Assembly: GCA_010909165.1 (NCBI GenBank)
Contig: MU008166.1
Location: forward strand, 434,001 to 498,000
Origin: Anthoceros angustus
Lineage: Eukaryota > Plantae > Anthocerotophyta
Length of the DNA stretch: 64,000 bases
Direction of reading: 5' to 3'
Part shown: positions 32,039-45,033 of the stretch, in pieces
How positions within the stretch are numbered: the first letter of the stretch is position 1
How the letters are laid out: every line of letters begins with the position of its first letter
Notes under the pieces: model-generated
Told to the model about the DNA's origin: nothing
Seen by the model: the letters and a program-made list of their open reading frames with translations, nothing else
The model's database searches: none
Program-made: the position numbers and the translations under genes

Positions 32039-33233
32039 GGCCGCTTGCACTGTTTGTTTGCCGCCTGCCCTTCCTCAAGCCTCCGTCATCCGGCACATAT
32101 AGCTGCTGCAGCCTCCTCCTCGCAGCCCTGGATCGCAGGGCCGGTGGAGGGCAGAGAGAGATCTGCGAACTCACGGAGCGGGATTGGCTTGCGCCTACAG
32201 CTGGAAGACGAAGGGCATGCACCTGAAGTGAAGATCTGCACAAGAAACACAGACTGTGTTTGTGAGAGCTGCTTTGTCGCACCTGGTCGTTAAAGAGAGG
32301 GACAGTGGAGGGGAGGAAAAGCCCGTGATTCTGAGCGACCAATACAGTGACGGAGGTGGGACTAGACTACTATACATACCTGTCGGTGTGTGCCTGGGCC
32401 TGGAGCTTGGAGGGGAAGAGGTGCTGCCGCAGTCCAGAGAATGTTACAGTGGTAAGTACCATGGCCACGGATACCAGAAGATTGTGGAGGAAATGGGGTA
32501 GTGCAGAGCTGCTTTAGACAGGGAGGAACCGTTGTCTCATATGGCCCTGCTGGAGGCCGCCTCGTGCCTTCTGACTCTCCAGCCCTTCTTGCCTGTGTAC
32601 ATGGCCATCCGGATTTTGTCTGCAGTCAGCTGCTATTACAGTGCACGGGCCACGGATTATGTGACCATCAAGCTTCCATTATGATGACACACAGTTCAAG
32701 GGGAGGGAGGTAAGGTACAATCAATGAAATCGTGAGACGACTTGCCGCGACTCCAGTGGCAGCTCCGTCCAGCCGGGAAGTCATGCCTGAAACTGGAATC
32801 TCCTTGCGCCTGTGCCCTTGGCGGGGGGCGATATAGATATGTACCCTTTCCGATGCGCATTCTGTGTACGTATATGCCTGACCGCCCGTGGTGGGCCTGA
32901 AACCTTTACGACGCTCAGCCCAAGGCATCTCGACCGACCAAGAGGACAGTGCGAGCACGGAGTTAGTGGAAGTCAGCTTTTTTTTACGGCCTAGGGTTTG
33001 GTTCTGACCTGTGGAATGGGGACCACCGGGAGTACGCGGCACCATAGCAATAGCCCTTCACACCTTTAGCACATGCTCAAGGATGCGACAGGATTTGGCA
33101 GCTTCGTAAATCTCATCTCTGGGCTTGCATGTCAGCAACATGCACTTCGTGTTCACGAGAGGGCCTGTTATGTGCTGAGGTCTCTGACAGGAAGAACCAT
33201 GGATGTCCCTATTGTGAATCCCAGGAGATCTTG

Positions 33234-34258
33234 TTACAGCTTGATCGAAGGTTTTCCTTTTCTTTGTCTGTGATGAATCCATAAGATACAAGAGGTCATG
33301 GGAAGGTTGGAACGCTGGAATAGATCATGCAAACCAAAGGCGTTCACTGGCAGGAAGGTATCGTTACCTCTGGCTTCAAAGACTTGCAGCTCTAAGGCTT
33401 TACACTCCCTACTGAGCGCCTCTGTTTCCTCCCTTTTCTGCTGGAGGAGTACTTTTAGCCTCTCCTTCTCTTCTTCATTGGCCCTGTACACCGCTGCTTT
33501 CTCTTCTTGTTCCAGACGGACTATCTGTTTCATTTTCCTTACATCCTGCAGTCGCGCCTCCAGCTGCACATCACATTTCACTTCAACCTGGAAGCACTGG
33601 TAAGGCTCATGATTTCGCTCACTTCCACAGCACTTCATTAATTACCGTTGCAACTTGTCCCTTGAGATCTTCAATTTCTTGCTTCTCACCGGAAAGGTGC
33701 GCGAGGACTCTCTTGTGATACTCCGCCATCTCTGTCCGTTTGGCCTTGTAAACAGCCACGTTTTCTGCTCTGATCACCTCCAGATTTTCTATCTCGATGT
33801 CCAAATCCCTGCAATTACCAACACTTCCCTCAACATGACGTCCACCTCAGAATTGAGTCCGAATCGTAGATAAACGCCATGTGCAGGGAGGATCGGATAC
33901 CGCTCTTGTTCCAGTGTTGATTCAAGCCTCGCGCTCGCTTCTTCGATCTCACGCTCAGTAGCCAGTGTCTTGCAGTTGAGCGATGCAATGTCCTGTTTCA
34001 GAACGAGACACTCGTATCGCAAGGCTCGCACTCTTCTGACTGTTTGCTCGAGCTCAACCATTTTGCGTCCCTGCAGTTCCTTCTCTGCCTGTTGCGTGAA
34101 CAGAGATCAGAACTTCCCCCGAATTGGCAACGGTTTTCGAAGAAGGACACAATTTTCATGCCACAGAGGAAAGCCGCACATAGTACCTGCAGCTGCTGCA
34201 GCTGCTGTTCCCGCCTCGCCACCAATTCTTGCATCCGCGCCTCAAAGGTGGACGTCAT
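33234..34258 (-). CDS. Uncharacterised coiled-coil protein, about 4 exons
   Basis: Heptad-rich exons MTSTFEARMQELVARREQQLQQLQ|, VELEQTVRRVRALRYECLVLKQDIASL..., DIEIENLEVIRAEN... and LEARLQDVRKMKQIVRLEQEEK..., separated by GT-AG introns. Confidence 0.6.
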
Positions 34259-34932
34259 GTTTGCCGATCATCTGCAGCAGCAGATTGCAGCTAGCTGAAT
34301 TCCATGCCTATCACAACACAGTGATGCTTGAGCTCGGACACAGTTCCATGCAGGCACCAATTCGACCTTGCCGACAGCATACCAGACGCAGCACAGACGT
34401 GGAGCTCCGTGGAGATAACTTGCTTAACACGCTAATTTATTGCACTTGCTAGCTCACTAGCTTACTGCGCTAACTCAAGTTTATTATAGTGGTACTTACA
34501 CAACTTGTGCACCAAAGGCATCCACTGTCCATTTGGACACACATATATAAAGCAGCAGCCCGATGGAGAAGGCCGCTGAAATCCACTGTACATAACTCGT
34601 ATGTATGTTCAGGGTCACACAGAAGCGAACCCTAGAAATCGAGACCAAGATGGAAAATTCGTTGGAGACGCTCGCGTCCTTGCTTGTATGGCGGACGGTG
34701 CTTTGGAGAGGAAATCGGCCATGGCGTTGCTGTTATTTGTGTGTCGGGGCGTGAAGAAGTGAAGGTTTTTTTGGAAGGTTATGCAAGGCATCTGTTACAT
34801 GGCCAGCAGGTTCTTGGTGCGAAAGAAGCGGACTCTTGCCGGGGGAAGCAAGGCAGGAAGGACCAGGATCCAGCAGGCGAGGCGGGAAGGCGGCAATGTG
34901 ATCGGATTTCGCTTGGCCAGGGGATCGCAACG

Positions 34933-36441
34933 ATGATGGGAGGATTGTATGGGGATCTGCCGCCTCCTTCGGCTAAGACGCTGCAGGAGGAAGATGGCGC
35001 AGGGAAGCCCGGGAGCGGGCAGTTCAATAATGCGTCGGCGGCCTGGTCTGCGAGCACCAAGATGGCGCCTCCTAATCTGCGGAAGCAGCCGAATTTCTTC
35101 GCTCCTGCATCGGTGGTGAGGAACCAGTCCACAGCGACTCCCGGGAAGGTCAAGGCGGGAAGCGGGAGTGCTGCGGCTGGGGCTGGGAGCGGGAGGGGGC
35201 AGAGATGGATTGTGGCGGATGGCGGGGAGCGAGCCCGCTGCTGGGAGCCTCCGAGAGGAGAGGCCCTTGTCGCCGCCGCGCAGCCGGCGCTGGTGGGAGC
35301 GAGCGCGGCAGTGGTTGAGGAGTACGACCCGTCCAGGCCGAACGACTACGACGAGTACTGCCGGGAGCGGAGGCGGAGGAAGATGGAGGACGAGATGCGG
35401 CGGGAGGCGGAGAGGCGGCGGGCGGAGGAGGAGGAGAGGAGAAGGAGCGGGAGCGGGAGCCGACGCGGCAGCGGGTCTTGGAGGAGGAGCGGAAGGCGGA
35501 GCGGGAAAAGGAGGCCGGCGGGAGAGGACCGTGCAGCTGCATATCAGCGGGAGGAGGCGTGGAAGCGGCGGGCCATGCTGAGCGCGGCCAGGGCCGGGCG
35601 GGGCTGGGGCTGGGCCTGCGGAAGGGTCCAGCCCGGCTAGGGCAAGATCGCCATCGCCTCCTAGGAACGGGGAGGGGTTCAGCATCAAGAAGGACAATGG
35701 CGGGGCTGGGGCTCGGTGCTGGTGGGCAGATGACGGCTGCGCAGAGGATGATGGCCAGAATGGGGTGGAAGGAGGGGCAGGGACTCGGGAAGCAGGAGCA
35801 GGGCATCACCACTCCGCTTATGGCCAGGAAGACGGATAAGAGAGCGGGAGTTATTGTGAACGCTGGAGAAGCCAAGCCTGAGAAGAAACCGAAGGCTGGG
35901 GTTGCGATTTCTGGGCCTCCTACCAGGGTTGTGCTGCTGAGGAACATGGTGAGCTTGCTTGTGCATTGTGTTTGCTGGGTTGTTACAATGCTGGTGATTA
36001 AAGTTCTTGACCAATTGTCATTCTGATGGTGTGGAAGCAGGCTGTAGCATGTTACATTGGCTGAATGCCGTTTTTTTAGTGTGTTGTGTGAGGAAGGAAA
36101 TTGAATGGTGTTGCTGCTCGTGTTGTGTGGACAAACAGGTCGGGCCTGGTGAAGTAGATGACGAGCTGGAAGATGAAGTGGCATCGGAGTGCACCAAATA
36201 TGGCACTGTGACCAGGGTTTTGATATTCGAGATCACAGAGCCGGACTTCCCTGTGACCGAGGCTGTGAGGATCTTCATCCAGTTCGAAAGAGCAGAGCAA
36301 GCAACGAAAGCCCTTGTGGATCTGGACGGCCGGTTTTTCGGAGGCAGGGTGGTGAGGGCTAGCTTCTACGACGAGGAGAGGTTCAACAAGAACGATCTTG
36401 CTCCTCAACCAGGGGAAACCCCAGCCGCTGCTCTTTCCTGA
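34933..36441 (+). CDS. DRT111: DRT111/SPF45 (RBM17) splicing factor with G-patch and UHM domains; intron 35949-36138; apparent frameshifts in GC-rich part
   Basis: MMGGLYGDLPPPS, EEYDPSRPNDYDEY, EEAWKRRAM, G-patch AQRMMARMGWKEGQGLGKQEQGITTPL, and UHM PTRVVLLRNM|VGPGEVDDELEDEVASECTKYG...FFGGRVVRASFYDEERF. Confidence 0.92.
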
Positions 36442-39019
36442 TGAACGGATTTTCATTTTTCCTCTGCCACCTCTGTTATCCGACCAGCTCTTGGGGCCGG
36501 GCACACCCGCTGCCCAACGCTCCTTGTGTACAGGCCATGCATCTGCTGGAACAATTCAATTATTTGGTGCTACTGACGCCCGCCATCAAGCACCCCTTTG
36601 CGGGTTGTTGACTGGAGTGCGTCCGGCCCTGGCAGCAAGTGTGTGATCCTTTCAGAGAGAACCTGATGAAGCTGCACTGCATGGCTGCCATGATGCTGGC
36701 ACTGGCAGCCAGCACTGGACTGGTCTGGGTAGTTAATTCTTTGCTTATCAATCAGGTCAGGTGAGCCAGACTCTCTCTCTCTCTCGCACCGTCTCGTCTC
36801 CATTGCTTCGAGGCGAATTAGTACATGTGAACCTGCTTACTACGTACGTGAACTTGTAGGTTCTCTCTGTAATGCATATGTATGTATCTGCCTGCCCAGG
36901 GCTGACCTAATGACCTGACCCTGGTTCCTGGGTCCCCGTGCCAGGCAGCAGCAGCAGCCCCGTGGGAGCTTAGCTTTGCAGACTAAGGTACACCACACCT
37001 CGAGTGAGCGAGCATGTGATTTTGAGTCCACTCCCATGTTACCGAAGCTGATCGCATGCTAATGCCTGTCAGATTGTTGGCAAAACGATCCCGCTAACTT
37101 GCCTGCAGCTTGTCTCGTTCTGGACGTGATAATCTAATCTCCTATGTGTTCAGCTGCCTACGAACCTCGTATGCTATGCACACCTACCCACGTCGTCCCC
37201 TCCATGCACCACCTACAATTACTGAGTGCTCCCTGTACGACGATGCCGCCAGGCCCAGGTGGGTCTCACACGCTGCGCACATGGGACCAGAAATGGACAT
37301 GATCAGCCCGGCCGGGCCGTCTAAGACAGGACACAGATGGCGGTTAACTTGGTGCAGGCAGGATTAGAAAGGGCCGTGTGGGTACGCTTCCACCATGTTT
37401 GGTAAGCATCCTGAATCACCGATTCCTGTTCCTTCTCCCTTCTCTTGCTCGACCATTTATTGTGCCCATGTCGGTATGCATCCCTATTCATGTCTTGTGG
37501 TACTGGTACGGCGTGGCGTTCATTGCTGTGCTTTCCAGCCTGCATTGGACCAGTCAAGAGCCGCATTTACAGGAGACTCCACTGTTCAAACAGAGGCAAC
37601 GAAAGGGCTCCGATTGCGATTCCGTAAGCGGTATTGGTGGGACTTTGGAGGGTTTGAGCCCTGAGCATTAGGGTATGTAATTATGCATATTCTCGTTAAA
37701 CATTGATGGTGGGATTTGCGACAAAGTCGGTCCCAGCTGGGCAAGTGAAGGCTGTGGGACCTCATGAGATACTGTGGAGGGCGGACCGAGGGTGTCGGCA
37801 GAGAGCGAAATAAGTGGTGACGGCAGACGGCAGTCAAAAAAGCCGTCCAAACAGACGGCAGGCGGTTCCCAACGCTTGTGAGGGCCGGCCATACTCGGGC
37901 GCTCATCTTCCGTTACAAAGGTACTGTACCTCTCGCTGCATCAATTCGAGGGAGAGTATGATGCACCTTTGTTGTATGGGCTGATAGGGGCTGGGGGCCA
38001 GGCTCGCTTGGGGGGGAGGTGGGCGTGGGGCAGCGTGGGCAGTCCGGAAAGCGGGCGGAAGGGGACCCGGCTGTCAGAGCCGAAAGTGGACCTACATACG
38101 TAGCTCCTCTCTCAAAGAGCTGGCCTGGGGAAGAGAGAAGAGAGATAAACGACTACTGTGTGTGTGTGGCGTCCGCCTTGACGTGACGAGCCTGCCTGCA
38201 GTGGTGTGCGCAGCTGCAGCAGGGTGGGCCTGCCTGCTCTGGCCCCTGCGCACAGCCTGGAATTCGCAGCATTGCCGCCGGATTCGGAAGCGCTTCCGTC
38301 TTGCTCGCTCGCCGGCGTGCGGCCGTTTGTGCATCCCGTGTTTTGCTCTTGCCAGAGCCAGAGCGAGCTCGCAGCTGGAGGAGGCGGCAGTGGAGGAAGA
38401 AGGAAGAAGGAAGAAGGAGCCTGCGAGCCGGCATTGCCGTGGGAGAGCTTGTGTTTCATCTCTGGACTGTGTTGCGGATTTGGCCGAGATGGAGCTCCCC
38501 GGCTGCAACGCGAGGATGGAGCGTGAAAGCTGGATTCGGTGTGATGGAGGTTTGGCTCGGGCGTGATGAGGCCGGATTCGGAGCCGCCGCTGCAGGTTTT
38601 TGAATGCGGGATTGTTTCGGAGGGAACAGGCCCCGGAAGGTGTGATGTGGCCAGCGTGGAAGCGAGGATGAGGAGGTATGTAGTATGTGTGTGTGTATGT
38701 GTGTGTGTCTTGAGCTCCGTGCTAGAGGTGTTTGTTTCCCCGGGATTGTCTTCTTTTGGCACGGAAGTCGATGCTAGCCGGGAGATCTGCGAGAGCCTGC
38801 CTTCTCGAGGCTGGCCAAATGGCTCGGCTTTGCAATGCTGGTGCGGCAGATGGTCAATTGCTGTAGTAGGAGGAGCGGAGGGGGGAAGAGAGAGCTCGGT
38901 ATTGAATTGGAGGTGATGTGATGCAGCTGGCAGAGGACGGACGCGTTGAACAGTGCTGCTGTTTTGTGTGCTGTTGTTCAGTTGAGGGAGAGCGGAGATT
39001 TTGATTGACGGCCTTCGCG

Positions 39020-42000
39020 ATGGCTTTGAAGTCTTCGGAGCAGGGGGTGCATGATGCGGCGCAGCTCGGCGCGCCGGCTACTGCGCCTGCCAAGGGAGCA
39101 CCTCAGCCTGGCCACGAAGCTGCGCAAGCGAAGCCAGAGAAACAGCAAGGGGAGCTGGCAAATGGAACTTCTCCGCTGGACAGGTTGGCCGCCTAGCTTG
39201 TGTTGAAGCTCTCATGGAGTGTTGTTGTGTTTTTCTTGGTTTCGCGTCCTCGAAACTAAGAGTGCGTTCACTGTAAATTATACAGGCGGCATTCTTTGGG
39301 AGAAGATCCAGCCGCAATGACTATCGAGTTTCTCCGAGCTAGGCTGTTGTCTGAAAGGTCAGCTTCGAAAGCAGCGAAACAGCGAGCGCACTTGCTTGCC
39401 AAGAGGGTGCGTTCTGCTACTGGACCGTGTGTTGTGACAATCTTTCTGATTAGCCAGCAAAAAGAGTAGGAAATTGATGGTCGGTCCGCATTTGCCAGGT
39501 TGCAGAGCTTGAGCACAAGCTGGAGTTTGAGTCCGGTCAAAGGAAGAAGCTGGACGCTGCGCTGGGGGAGGCGCTCTCTCTGCTCTGTCAAGCAGGTCTT
39601 GTGGCGGACGCCACGGCTTTCTTCAGCTCAGTGGTTGCGAGGTTGGAGGTTGAAAGCAAGAACTCTGTTCTAAACCCTTCCACGGAGAACGCTGCCGCAG
39701 ACGGCATTGCGAACGGCGCGAATGAGACTGGAAGGTCTGCAGCCAGTCAGGAAGGATCCGGAAAGCGAGGCTCCCGAGGGGAAGATGGTGCAAAGGCAGG
39801 ACAACCGGGAGCTGGAGAACAGAACGGGGACGAGGATTCCAGCTCTGAAGAAGATGGCACTGGATTTGCGGCTGACGCTCCCGAGTTTCAAGCACAGCAA
39901 AAGCCAATTGCCTGGAAAGGGAAGAAGGGTGATCCCGGTGGCCAGGAGAGCCCACAGGCTGAAGATAAGAAGACGTCATCAGAAACAGCTATCAAGACCG
40001 TATGGTCTGCCGAATCCCTTCCAGATGGGATGGTGGACTCTCCAAGGAGAAGAAACGGTAGATCTCTTCGCCGGATTCAAAGGAGGGAAACCAGGTACTG
40101 GGATGTTTGTCCTCATCTCACAATAACTTTTGTCCAGCTTCATATCCTCGACCGTTTCTGTCAATGCCACCGACTGGCTGTTGTCTCAATCCAAATTTCT
40201 CCGCTTCGCTGTACAGGGTTGTCGAGGAGCGCCTCAAGGGGATGTGGGATCGCTTAGGTGAGGAAATGGGTACATTATCGGAGGGAAGGACTGAGGAGTA
40301 TATGGATAGGCGTGAACTTCTAGGTTGGATGGGTGATGTTGTTAACATTCTTCAACACAAATCAGAAGATAACTCAGTTTTGTTGGATGGATCTGGGGAT
40401 GCAAAAGTTACTGTGAGCAGTGAAGCTTGTTCACTGACGATGGGAAGCAACGTTGCAGCAGTTATGGAAGCGAATGGTGCAAAGGACAACTTGTCGGATG
40501 ACGCAAGCAAAAACTTTGAGAAGCTTATCGCAGAGTACGAAGCTGAAGAAAAAGCACAGAGGCTTTGGGAGAAGCAGTACCATGCTAAGCAACATGCCCC
40601 CGATTCGTCAAGTCTCAATCAGGTGGACATCCTTGTTTGCCTCTTTCCGTAGCAACATGTAGGCAGTCCAATTGGTGAAATAAGGCGAATTTTGGCCCTC
40701 TTGTCGATGGCCTTCTTGCCTCAGAGAATTCTTCCTGGCTGTGGAAGAGCTCGCTCTCGCCTCTATTCAGTTGCAGTGGGGCAGCCACATGAGCGTCAGT
40801 TGTAAGCGTGAAAAAATGTCAATGTTGATTGGATGCTGCCATGCGAACAGGTGCACACTGGGTTGTAGACCTCTTAGGTTGTCCGCTGGATTGCTTGAAA
40901 TTACACAGCGCTTTTGCATAGTTGTAGAGAACAACTGTGCTCGCATGATATATGGAGCATTTCAAGGCACCAGGAATTGCAAACTCTACCAATAGCTTAT
41001 GGAAAACTTGTAGCTGAGTACCATTCCCGTGGTCTGAATATCTGCTGGAGTCAACAGATTCTTCTATTCTTCTGAGAGTTTGACCACCTTTCGTTCTGCT
41101 CTGTTGCAGGATATTCAGGTGGGAACTGGTGAAGGAACAGTTGCTGTTCCAGATCTGAATGTCACACCTTCACAGGACGAGGTTGAGCAAGGGAGAACAG
41201 AGAAGGAACTTGCCGACACTTCTGCTCCTCCTCAATCAGCCCCTCCACCTGAAGGTGATAACAGAACAACAGAGGAAGATGTGGAGAAAGCGGACACTTC
41301 GAGAAAATCCACACCAGTCCAGATGGACAGTGTAACTTCACAAACAGAGGAAAGTATGGTAACTTCAATAGAAACGATGCTACCAAGGCCTGTCCTGGAA
41401 GTAACGATGCCGGAGCTGAAGCCTGAAGGGAGCAGGGATGAGCAAGAAGGACTTGAAATTGGGCGTGTGACAAGTGCTGCAGAACTCCCTGTGAAGAATG
41501 AAGCAGAGGCCCCTGTTAGAGAATCTTTTGAGGAAATACCTGCTGCAGGCAACAGGGTGATGGATCAGGAAGTAGGTGTAGGCCCAGCCGAATTGCGGCT
41601 TTCCCAGGACCCGAGCCCAACCTCCAGGGAGACCTCCAACTCCACCTTGACTGAACGTCTTCCAGATCAGCAAGCTGAGCATGACCGTGTTCCTAGTGTA
41701 CCTGAAGATGGGTTTCACTATGTTGCTAAGCCTGCAGAGCATGATGGTCAATCAGGAGGAGGGCACCCAGTATCTGCAGAATTGCCCGCGGGTCTAGAAC
41801 AAGAGCAGCCCGGATTCCCACACACGGGTCCTCAAGAGTCTGATGGTTCAGCCATCCGTAGACCCCCTGCATACCCAGAGAACCCAGTAGACTACAGAGA
41901 ACAGAGGGTCGGAGCAGGTCATCCCAACCAGGCTCTTCCTTCAGAGTTTGACAGGCGAGATCCTGGACGGGAGTGGATTCCATATGACCCTCGAGAGTAT

Positions 42001-44259
42001 GCTCCAGGATCAAGAGGTGGAATGTTGTACAGATCCCGGTCACAAAATGACTCAGACTATGTGGGTGCAATGGCCGATCGATACTTATCAGCTGATCATG
42101 CTTCAGACAGTGAGTACTATGGTCATGATAGGCTTTCCAGGGCTCAGTACAGCAACAGGTCTCCTCCTATACCAGGGGTTGACTATGACAGGGGACAGCA
42201 TTCCGATTTCCAAAGATCAAGGCCCAATTATCGTGCTCCATACAGAAGTCCAGACAGGGCAGCATACTATGAAAGGGAGAGATTCCACAGACCGCACCAC
42301 AGCATAAGTGGTGGCTTCTCTGACGAGCATGCCTGGAGAGCATATGAAGCGGAAAACCGATATTATGAGCAAGAAATTAGGAGCAGATATTATGACGCTG
42401 TTGACCCTCTTTACAGGGAGGTGGAACTGGAATCTGAAAGAGAACGGCGGAGGCAAGGTTATGCAGTTAGAGAGCCTCTCAGTAGAGAGCCATATTACAG
42501 AACTCCACCAGATTTAGGTGCTTTCGACGCTTATGACAGAGAAGGCCTGGGTAGAGGATTGGAGAGATGGGCCTCTCCTACGTATTCGCCTGCTGAGTTT
42601 GTTAGCCCACAGCGGACTCCACCAAAATTTAATGCTCAGCCTTATCTGGGTGATAATCTTCCAGGGAGAGAACCCGTCGGTAGCTTGCAGGGAAGGTATC
42701 TATCTCAGTCATATGATGCAGGTCTTTTGCCAAGAGATCTCCGAAGACACAGAGAAGAGTCTCTGATGAGGACAAGCCAGGCAGAAGGCACCAATGGTAG
42801 ATGGCCCGCTCCAGTTCCCAATGCAGCACTTCCAAATGGGATGCGGTCAAGAGCACCTGGTCCACAGGCAGAGTTATCCCTTAGTCAACCTGAGGTTGAT
42901 ATTAGGACTTCTCCAACGCAGATCCGTAATGCTCAGGTGCCTGCCTCTGCCTCACACTACCAGGACGTTCGCGAGCACCATGACAAGGAGTCGGTCCCTG
43001 CAAGGGGGTTGCCTGACACTAGGAGGGTACGTGATACTGCAAACAGCACGGGCTTAAGTTCTGATCAGTCGCAGACCTACCTGGCACTGCCAAGTTATGC
43101 AGGGGAGGGGGAAGAGAGTGTTGGTCCACAGAGAGGGGCCGTTGGTCCTGGAGAGGAAGGTCGCCAGCTCCACACTTCGACAAGTGTACGACCAAATACG
43201 GCCGCAGACTTCAGCCAGCGTCAACAGCAGTCAGAACCTGCAGCAGGGGTGAAGGGATCACTAGCAACACGGGCTGCCAAAGATGAGGAGCCAAAGCCCA
43301 TCTTAGCTTTACCTAGCTATGCCGGTGAGGGTGATGGTGGAGACGTAGCTGTGCCACATGAAGGGCCATATGATGGTCCAATTAGGACACACAACGGTTC
43401 TACAGACATGCAAGGACAGTCTCAAGACATTTTGAGGAGCCAACGTGTAGGAGAAATGTCCTATCCCTCAGAAGCTCCTAGGGATAGCCAAAGTCATCCC
43501 TCCGTCGATAGAGGAGTCCAGTTTTCAGCACATGGTGGTAGAGAGCCATCATATCATCCTGAAGCCCCAAACCAGCCGCAGTCGTACCTGGCCTTGCCGA
43601 GCTATGCTGGAGAAGGTGCAAATGTTCTGGAAAGAGAGGCAATGCGGGGCAGAGTCGCTAACTATGATGGGAGCTCTTTATCCCAAGTGCCTCTTTTGTC
43701 AGATCCGCATGTCTCCCACCGCTACTCAGCGGTAAGGCAGCCCCAACAGCAGTATCATGGTGTTACAGAGTCATCTTATGGTCCTCAAGGAGTCAGAAAC
43801 ATGTCTACCCGACATCATGGTATTCCTGCAGGTCGTGTTGGGGGGGGAGCTGGTCTCTCCAGCAAGCCGAATTTGTACCCCAAGGAATCCGATCAGACAG
43901 TTCCTGTGAAGCAGCCCTCAGGGGGTGATATAAATCAGATTTTGAGGGCCCTTCAACTTGCCAAGACCAAAATTCAGGCTTCGGGCGAGAAGCAATCACC
44001 TGTGCAACCCAAGGTGCCCCAGCGCAGAAGTCAAGCTACAAGTTCTGGGGTTCCCCGGTCAAGAAATGACCACTTGAACGTGGGTCAGTCTCATGTGGTC
44101 AAGGATGAGCCTCGTGCTAGGCAGGAACCTGTAAGAGCTGACAGGGTGAGACACCATTCATCTGATGGTAGGGCCCCTGTTGTACGGGTTCCTCGAAGCT
44201 CGTCAGCAAGTCCCTCAGGTATGGACAGCTTCACAAGGCCAGCCTACTTCCAGGACTGA
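39020..44259 (+). CDS. Large plant-specific coiled-coil/disordered protein of the MTIEFLRARLLSER family (At3g52240-like, by recall)
   Basis: Exons about 39020-39183, 39286-39405, 39499-40094, 40217-40622 and 41110-44259; phases fit where checked. Family motifs EDPAAMTIEFLRARLLSERS, RVAELE, RRIQRRETR, LIAEYEAEEKAQRLWEK and ILRALQLAKTKI. Confidence 0.75.
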
Positions 44260-45033
44260 GTGAGTGCAATGCAGATCGAGGGATTTATCGGCTTATGGGT
44301 AGAAAAGTGTAATGTGGGCAAGATCGTGCCGTTTTTCCACCATTGACAGCATATAGGAACGTCTGTGGCTTGGTTCTTAACGCAGGAGAGGTTTTCATAA
44401 GAATTCTTCTTCTCGTTCATCACTGATTATCCTTGTGAAATTTGGCAGAACGCATTTCTTCGAGATCTTCTCTACTATCCAAACCCTTGTCCAAACGAAA
44501 GAGTTGACGATACAGTAAGTCCGTCCAGGAGCTATGTGCTGTGCTTGTGGAGCTTTTTCAAACATGCAAATTCCTTTCACTCAAAATAGGGTGTTCAATT
44601 TTTAGCAAGCAATAGCAGCTAAAATGTCCGTTGGTCTTGACAACCAAGAAATGCAGACTAATTGCTATTTCTGCTGGTGTATGATACAGTTCCATTTGAA
44701 CAGTTTCTCGTGGACAACGGCCAGAAGAACTCCAGCCATGCAGGACACAGTGGTTATGAGACCAGATCTCAGAACCTTGGGCATTCACTCGTTATGCTTG
44801 GCTGGTATATGGAGTCAGGAGTTCGACCGTGTGAATCTCCGTGAAGATACGGTGGACCTACTCTACCTGACCTAGGCTGGATGGGAACAGCCTCCGTATT
44901 ATCACTATCAGAGTTGGGTTTAACTCAAGTGTATAGTGCTTCAGCCATGATGGTTTGTGCAAGTGAGGCCTCCAATTCTCATCCGCCCTCACCGCTAGGC
45001 TGTCTGGCATGCGGTTCTGAGTGGGTATTTTTT

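Noticed and set aside
30218-32342. Multiple overlapping ORFs on both strands (274, 445, 246, 194 aa etc.)
   Set aside because: High-GC shadow ORFs, or frame fragments of the single frameshifted F-box/LRR gene.
34779-36184. Pro/Ser-rich antisense ORFs (300 and 344 aa)
   Set aside because: Antisense shadows of DRT111.
36560-38900. Many short ORFs and (GA)/(GT) microsatellites
   Set aside because: No coherent spliced protein found; best explained as promoter, 5' UTR and intron of the 39020 gene, or intergenic sequence.
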